The translations under genes were made by a program, and so were the position numbers. This document shows, piece by piece, positions 17,003-20,547 of a stretch of 20,547 nucleotides of DNA; the stretch's first letter is position 1; each line of letters begins with the position of its first letter. Below the pieces are notes generated by a model, which saw only the letters and a list, made by a program, of their open reading frames with translations, had not been told where the DNA came from and searched no databases. The stretch lies in sequence record DRR723986_5306; one strand, written 5' to 3'.

Positions 17003-17374
17003 ATGGCCACCCTGTTGTTGGTAGAAGACAATGAAATGAACCGGGATATGCTGAGCCGGCGTTTGCAGCGTCGCGGATACGACGTGTTGCTTGCGGTAGA
17101 TGGCCAGCAAGGTATTGATATGAGCCGGGAGCATGGGCCGGACCTGTTGCTGTTGGATATGAGCTTGCCGGTAAAAGATGGCTGGCAGGTGGCCAGAGAA
17201 ATGAAGGCCGATCCGGCGCTGCAGGGCATTCCATTAATAGCGCTCACAGCTCATGCCATGGCCGACGACCGGATGCGGGCAATGGAGGCGGGTTGTGACG
17301 ACTACGATACTAAGCCGGTTGATCTGCCTCGCTTACTCTCGAAGATTGATGCCTTACTCGGGTCCGGCGAATGA
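17003..17374 (+). CDS. Single-domain response regulator (DivK-like receiver)
   Basis: [42 protein letters not shown]. Confidence 0.93.
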   Translation: MATLLLVEDNEMNRDMLSRRLQRRGYDVLLAVDGQQGIDMSREHGPDLLLLDMSLPVKDGWQVAREMKADPALQGIPLIALTAHAMADDRMRAMEAGCDDYDTKPVDLPRLLSKIDALLGSGE

Positions 17375-19599
17375 GTTTTACACGCCGCCTGACCTTTTCA
17401 TTCGTCGCAATTTTGCTGCTGTCTCTTGGCAGCGTACTCGTGCAGGTGTGGGGCAACGATAGCCGCCGCCGCAATGTCTGGCTGCTGCAAAGCGTGATCA
17501 ATACCCAGGCAGAAATGAATGCCTTCAGCCAGCAGCTCTACGGCCTGCAGCGAAAAATGCGCGTGGTCGAAGCGCTTAATCAGTCTGCAGCCAACCAGCA
17601 ATTGAGCGAAGATGAGCGCAACGAGATCTTGCAGGCCCTTGAGCAATTGCGCGCTTTGCAGCGCCAGCTTAGTCGCGACCTGAAGGAATTTATGCGGCCT
17701 GAGGATTTTGCGCCGCTGCGCGTCGATACGCTGCTGGATGGGTGGCAGCGCTATGTGATGGCGACAGAGCGCGGTGACGGCGATGCCGAGGCCCTGCAGG
17801 CCCCCAGTGAGTTGGCGGAGTATTACCTGCGCATCAGCCGTCAGCTGAGCGAAAACGAACTCCTGCTCCTTATTCGCTCTGATGAGATCAATGCCAAATT
17901 GAAGGACATTGTTAGCCTCACTAACAAAGTGGCGCTGGCGGTGTTTTTACTGGCACTGATCGTGACCTTCGTGCTCGGGTATTACATGACGCGCTATACC
18001 CGTCGCTCTATCCGCCAATTGCAGAAAGGGACCGCTGAATGGGGTAGCGGCAACTTTAACTACCGCATTGCGGATATGGGGCATGACGAATTCGGCCAGT
18101 TGGCAACCTCCTTTAACGAGATGGCGTCCAACCTGCGCAATGCCATGGCGCGGGTGCGCGAGGCCAGCCGTCGAGCCGATGCTGCAAACCAGGCGAAAAG
18201 CGGTTTTCTGGCGAATATGAGTCACGAGCTTCGCACGCCGATGAACGCGATTATTGGCTATTCGGAGATGTTGCTTGAGGAGATCGAGGACGATCCCCAG
18301 CTCCCGGCCGAGCAGCTTCAAGCGGATTTAGAGAAGGTGCAGCTGGCCGGTAAGCACTTACTGACGTTGATCAACGATGTACTGGATATATCCAAGATCG
18401 AGTCCGGCCGCATGGCGGTGTTTTGGGAGACGGTGGAACTCACCTCGGTGCTGCGCGATGTTGAGGTAACCGCTCAACCATTGGTCGCAAAAAATAATAA
18501 CCGCCTTCACTGCAGTTATCACGTCGAGGAAACGCCGCTGCGCACTGACGTTACGCGCCTGCGCCAAGTGTTGCTGAATTTGCTGAGCAACGCTGCCAAG
18601 TTCACCCGCGGTGGCGATATTCGCTTGAAAGTCTGGGCGGAGCAAGAGGCGCCCGACGAGCTTTGCTTTGAAGTGTCTGACAGCGGCATAGGTATGAGCC
18701 AGGAGCAGTTGGAAAAAGTCTTCGACGCGTTTGTACAGGCTGACTTGTCGACAACGAAACAATATGGCGGCTCAGGCCTGGGCTTAACCATTTCGCGCAA
18801 ATTTGCCGAGCTGCTGGGCGGCAGCCTGAGCGCGGAGAGTCGCGAGGGGGAGGGCAGCCGCTTTTTGCTTAAACTGCCTGTTAACGGCGAGCAAAGCAGC
18901 GCGATGCAGGCGGCAGTGGTCGGTGAGGAATTGGCCGATGTACTGGTTATTGATGACGACAGCAATACTCAGGAGATTGTTCGCCGACACCTGCAGCGAG
19001 AGGGCTACGGTGTGCGCCTCGCTAGCTCCGGTGCAGATGGCTTGGCGCAGGCTCGCCAGCAGCGCCCGGACCTGATTGTACTCGATGTGATGATGCCGGT
19101 TATGGATGGCTGGCAAGTGCTGCATGCGCTGCGCAGTGACGCAGAGCTGAGCTCGGTGCCGGTGCTCATGCAGTCGATGTTGAACGAGCGCGACCTCGGC
19201 CTGTTGCTGGGGGCCAATGAATATCTGGTGAAACCTGTGGAGCGCGACGAACTGACGGCGGCGGTACGCGAGCTGATTCCTGCCGGCGCGGCCGGGAACC
19301 TAATGCTGTTGGAGCAGGGTGGGGTGCTGGCGAAGGTGATCGCCAAGTCGCCGGGTGCGCAATATTGGCGAGTGTATCAAGCGGAGTCGGTTGAACAGGC
19401 GCGCAGTATGCTGGCGGAGCGGCCGTGGCAGTTATTTGTGGTGGGGCCACATGCCGACGAGCAAGGCGTTGGTGAATTTTTGTCAGAGCTGCGAGGCGGT
19501 CAGTGGCGGTCCGTGCCGATCATGCTTGCGCGGACCGAAGAAGACACCAGTGTACTTGAACAGCAGTTGGCGCTTTATTTACGACGCGCGGGGCAGTAG
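17371..19599 (+). CDS. Hybrid sensor histidine kinase (2TM-HAMP-HisKA-HATPase-REC plus degenerate REC)
   Basis: [83 protein letters not shown] overlap with the receiver gene. Confidence 0.94.
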   Translation: MSFTRRLTFSFVAILLLSLGSVLVQVWGNDSRRRNVWLLQSVINTQAEMNAFSQQLYGLQRKMRVVEALNQSAANQQLSEDERNEILQALEQLRALQRQLSRDLKEFMRPEDFAPLRVDTLLDGWQRYVMATERGDGDAEALQAPSELAEYYLRISRQLSENELLLLIRSDEINAKLKDIVSLTNKVALAVFLLALIVTFVLGYYMTRYTRRSIRQLQKGTAEWGSGNFNYRIADMGHDEFGQLATSFNEMASNLRNAMARVREASRRADAANQAKSGFLANMSHELRTPMNAIIGYSEMLLEEIEDDPQLPAEQLQADLEKVQLAGKHLLTLINDVLDISKIESGRMAVFWETVELTSVLRDVEVTAQPLVAKNNNRLHCSYHVEETPLRTDVTRLRQVLLNLLSNAAKFTRGGDIRLKVWAEQEAPDELCFEVSDSGIGMSQEQLEKVFDAFVQADLSTTKQYGGSGLGLTISRKFAELLGGSLSAESREGEGSRFLLKLPVNGEQSSAMQAAVVGEELADVLVIDDDSNTQEIVRRHLQREGYGVRLASSGADGLAQARQQRPDLIVLDVMMPVMDGWQVLHALRSDAELSSVPVLMQSMLNERDLGLLLGANEYLVKPVERDELTAAVRELIPAGAAGNLMLLEQGGVLAKVIAKSPGAQYWRVYQAESVEQARSMLAERPWQLFVVGPHADEQGVGEFLSELRGGQWRSVPIMLARTEEDTSVLEQQLALYLRRAGQ

Positions 19600-19603
19600 G
19601 GCG

Positions 19604-20134
19604 TTATTGCAGCGACAGCTGGCGGAGCTTGTCCAAGGCCAATTGCAGGGCTTGAATTTCTTGCTCAAGCTGTTGCTGGCGCTGCTGAGAAATGTCTGCC
19701 TGCCGCTGGGCCTGCTCCAGCAAAATTCGAGCTTCAAGGGCATAGCCCAGTGCTTCAAACAATACGGTCTGTTCGTTCTGACGGCCGTTATGCAACACAT
19801 TGAGCTGATCGAGGCTACGGGTGGCGCGCGAGGTGCTGGCGCGTGGGTTGTCTTTGTTCAGGTAAAGCAGGGTTAGATAACTCAGTGCTTGCTGGCGGAT
19901 GCGGGTGGCGTTGCGCGGCTCGTGTGCGAGGGTGCTGAGTTGGTCTTCGGCCACGTAAAAATGACCTTTGTTGACGAAGTTGATCGCGGTTTGCAGGGCC
20001 TCTTCCAGCTGCTTTGCTTGCACTGCATGCTCATCCATAACTGGCGGAGCGGGTGCTTCTTCCGGCGTTGATCCGCAAGCGGTAATAGCAAGCGTCAGGC
20101 AAACGGTAACATGGCGTAATGTGCGAGCTAACAA
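19604..20134 (-). CDS. Hypothetical helical lipoprotein with C-terminal coiled coil
   Basis: TTG start; lipobox LAITAC-G; Pro-rich linker; Gln/Leu-rich heptads QQLEQEIQALQLALDKLRQLSLQ. Confidence 0.7.
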   Translation of the reverse strand: MLARTLRHVTVCLTLAITACGSTPEEAPAPPVMDEHAVQAKQLEEALQTAINFVNKGHFYVAEDQLSTLAHEPRNATRIRQQALSYLTLLYLNKDNPRASTSRATRSLDQLNVLHNGRQNEQTVLFEALGYALEARILLEQAQRQADISQQRQQQLEQEIQALQLALDKLRQLSLQ

Positions 20135-20167
20135 GGTCGTTCTTCCGCTGTTTTCGGGGCTGACAAG

Positions 20168-20187
20168 GGCGGCTCGCAGGAGCCGCC
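20168..20187 (-). terminator. Stem-loop downstream of rpoD (weak U-tract)
   Basis: GGCGGCTC-GCAG-GAGCCGCC perfect 8-bp stem, 11 nt after the rpoD stop, followed by CTTGTC on the minus strand. Confidence 0.5.
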
Positions 20188-20198
20188 GCTACAGAGCT

Positions 20199-20547
20199 TT
20201 ACTCGTCGAGGAAGCTGCGCAGATGATCTGAGCGCGTAGGGTGACGCAGTTTACGCAGTGCCTTGGCTTCAATCTGACGAATCCGCTCACGGGTAACATC
20301 GAATTGTTTGCCAACCTCTTCCAGAGTGTGGTCGGTGTTCATATCGATACCGAAACGCATGCGCAGCACCTTGGCTTCGCGGGCGGTAAGCCCTGCCAAT
20401 ACATCCTTGGTTGCTTCGCGCAGGCCTTCACCCGTGGCCGAGTCTACCGGCGAGGAGATCGTGGTGTCCTCAATGAAGTCGCCCAGATGCGAGTCTTCAT
20501 CGTCGCCAATTGGCGTCTCCATGGAGATCGGCTCTTTGGCGATCTTC
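20199..20547 (-). CDS. rpoD: RNA polymerase sigma factor RpoD (sigma70), 3' part; continues beyond the window
   Basis: [27 protein letters not shown]...[60 protein letters not shown]. Confidence 0.98.
   Translation of the reverse strand, partial: KIAKEPISMETPIGDDEDSHLGDFIEDTTISSPVDSATGEGLREATKDVLAGLTAREAKVLRMRFGIDMNTDHTLEEVGKQFDVTRERIRQIEAKALRKLRHPTRSDHLRSFLDE

Noticed and set aside
1-20547. CRISPR arrays, IS elements, prophage or defence genes
   Set aside because: No regularly spaced repeats, transposase, phage or defence motifs recognised.

Overview
GC-rich chromosomal segment, probably from a marine gammaproteobacterium (inferred from rpoD, tRNA-Ile2 and gene content). Left to right: a 5'-truncated CBS/DUF294 nucleotidyltransferase-like gene plus a DEDDh exonuclease; two PaaI hot-dog thioesterases; DUF3081; an RND pump with its adaptor; a YVTN beta-propeller; a CaiB/BaiF (AMACR-like) CoA-transferase; DUF2939; then two signalling modules flanking tRNA-Ile2(CAU); a lipoprotein; and the 3' end of rpoD. 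Module 1 (10999-14808): an OmpR-type sensor/regulator pair divergent from a lipoprotein COG4337 (iota-class, metal-independent) carbonic anhydrase and an uncharacterised predicted outer-membrane beta-barrel, with 11-bp-phased GTTCAT repeats in the shared promoter. This is a candidate regulated periplasmic CO2/bicarbonate/pH system. Module 2 (15114-19599): a DHp-REC-class III cyclase with guanylate-cyclase specificity residues (Glu/Gly, Cya2-like), a DivK-like receiver and a hybrid histidine kinase, lying between rpoD and tRNA-Ile2. This is a candidate cGMP phosphorelay. No integrase, IS, att repeat or CRISPR array was seen. All family calls come from motif recognition by eye; no searches were run.
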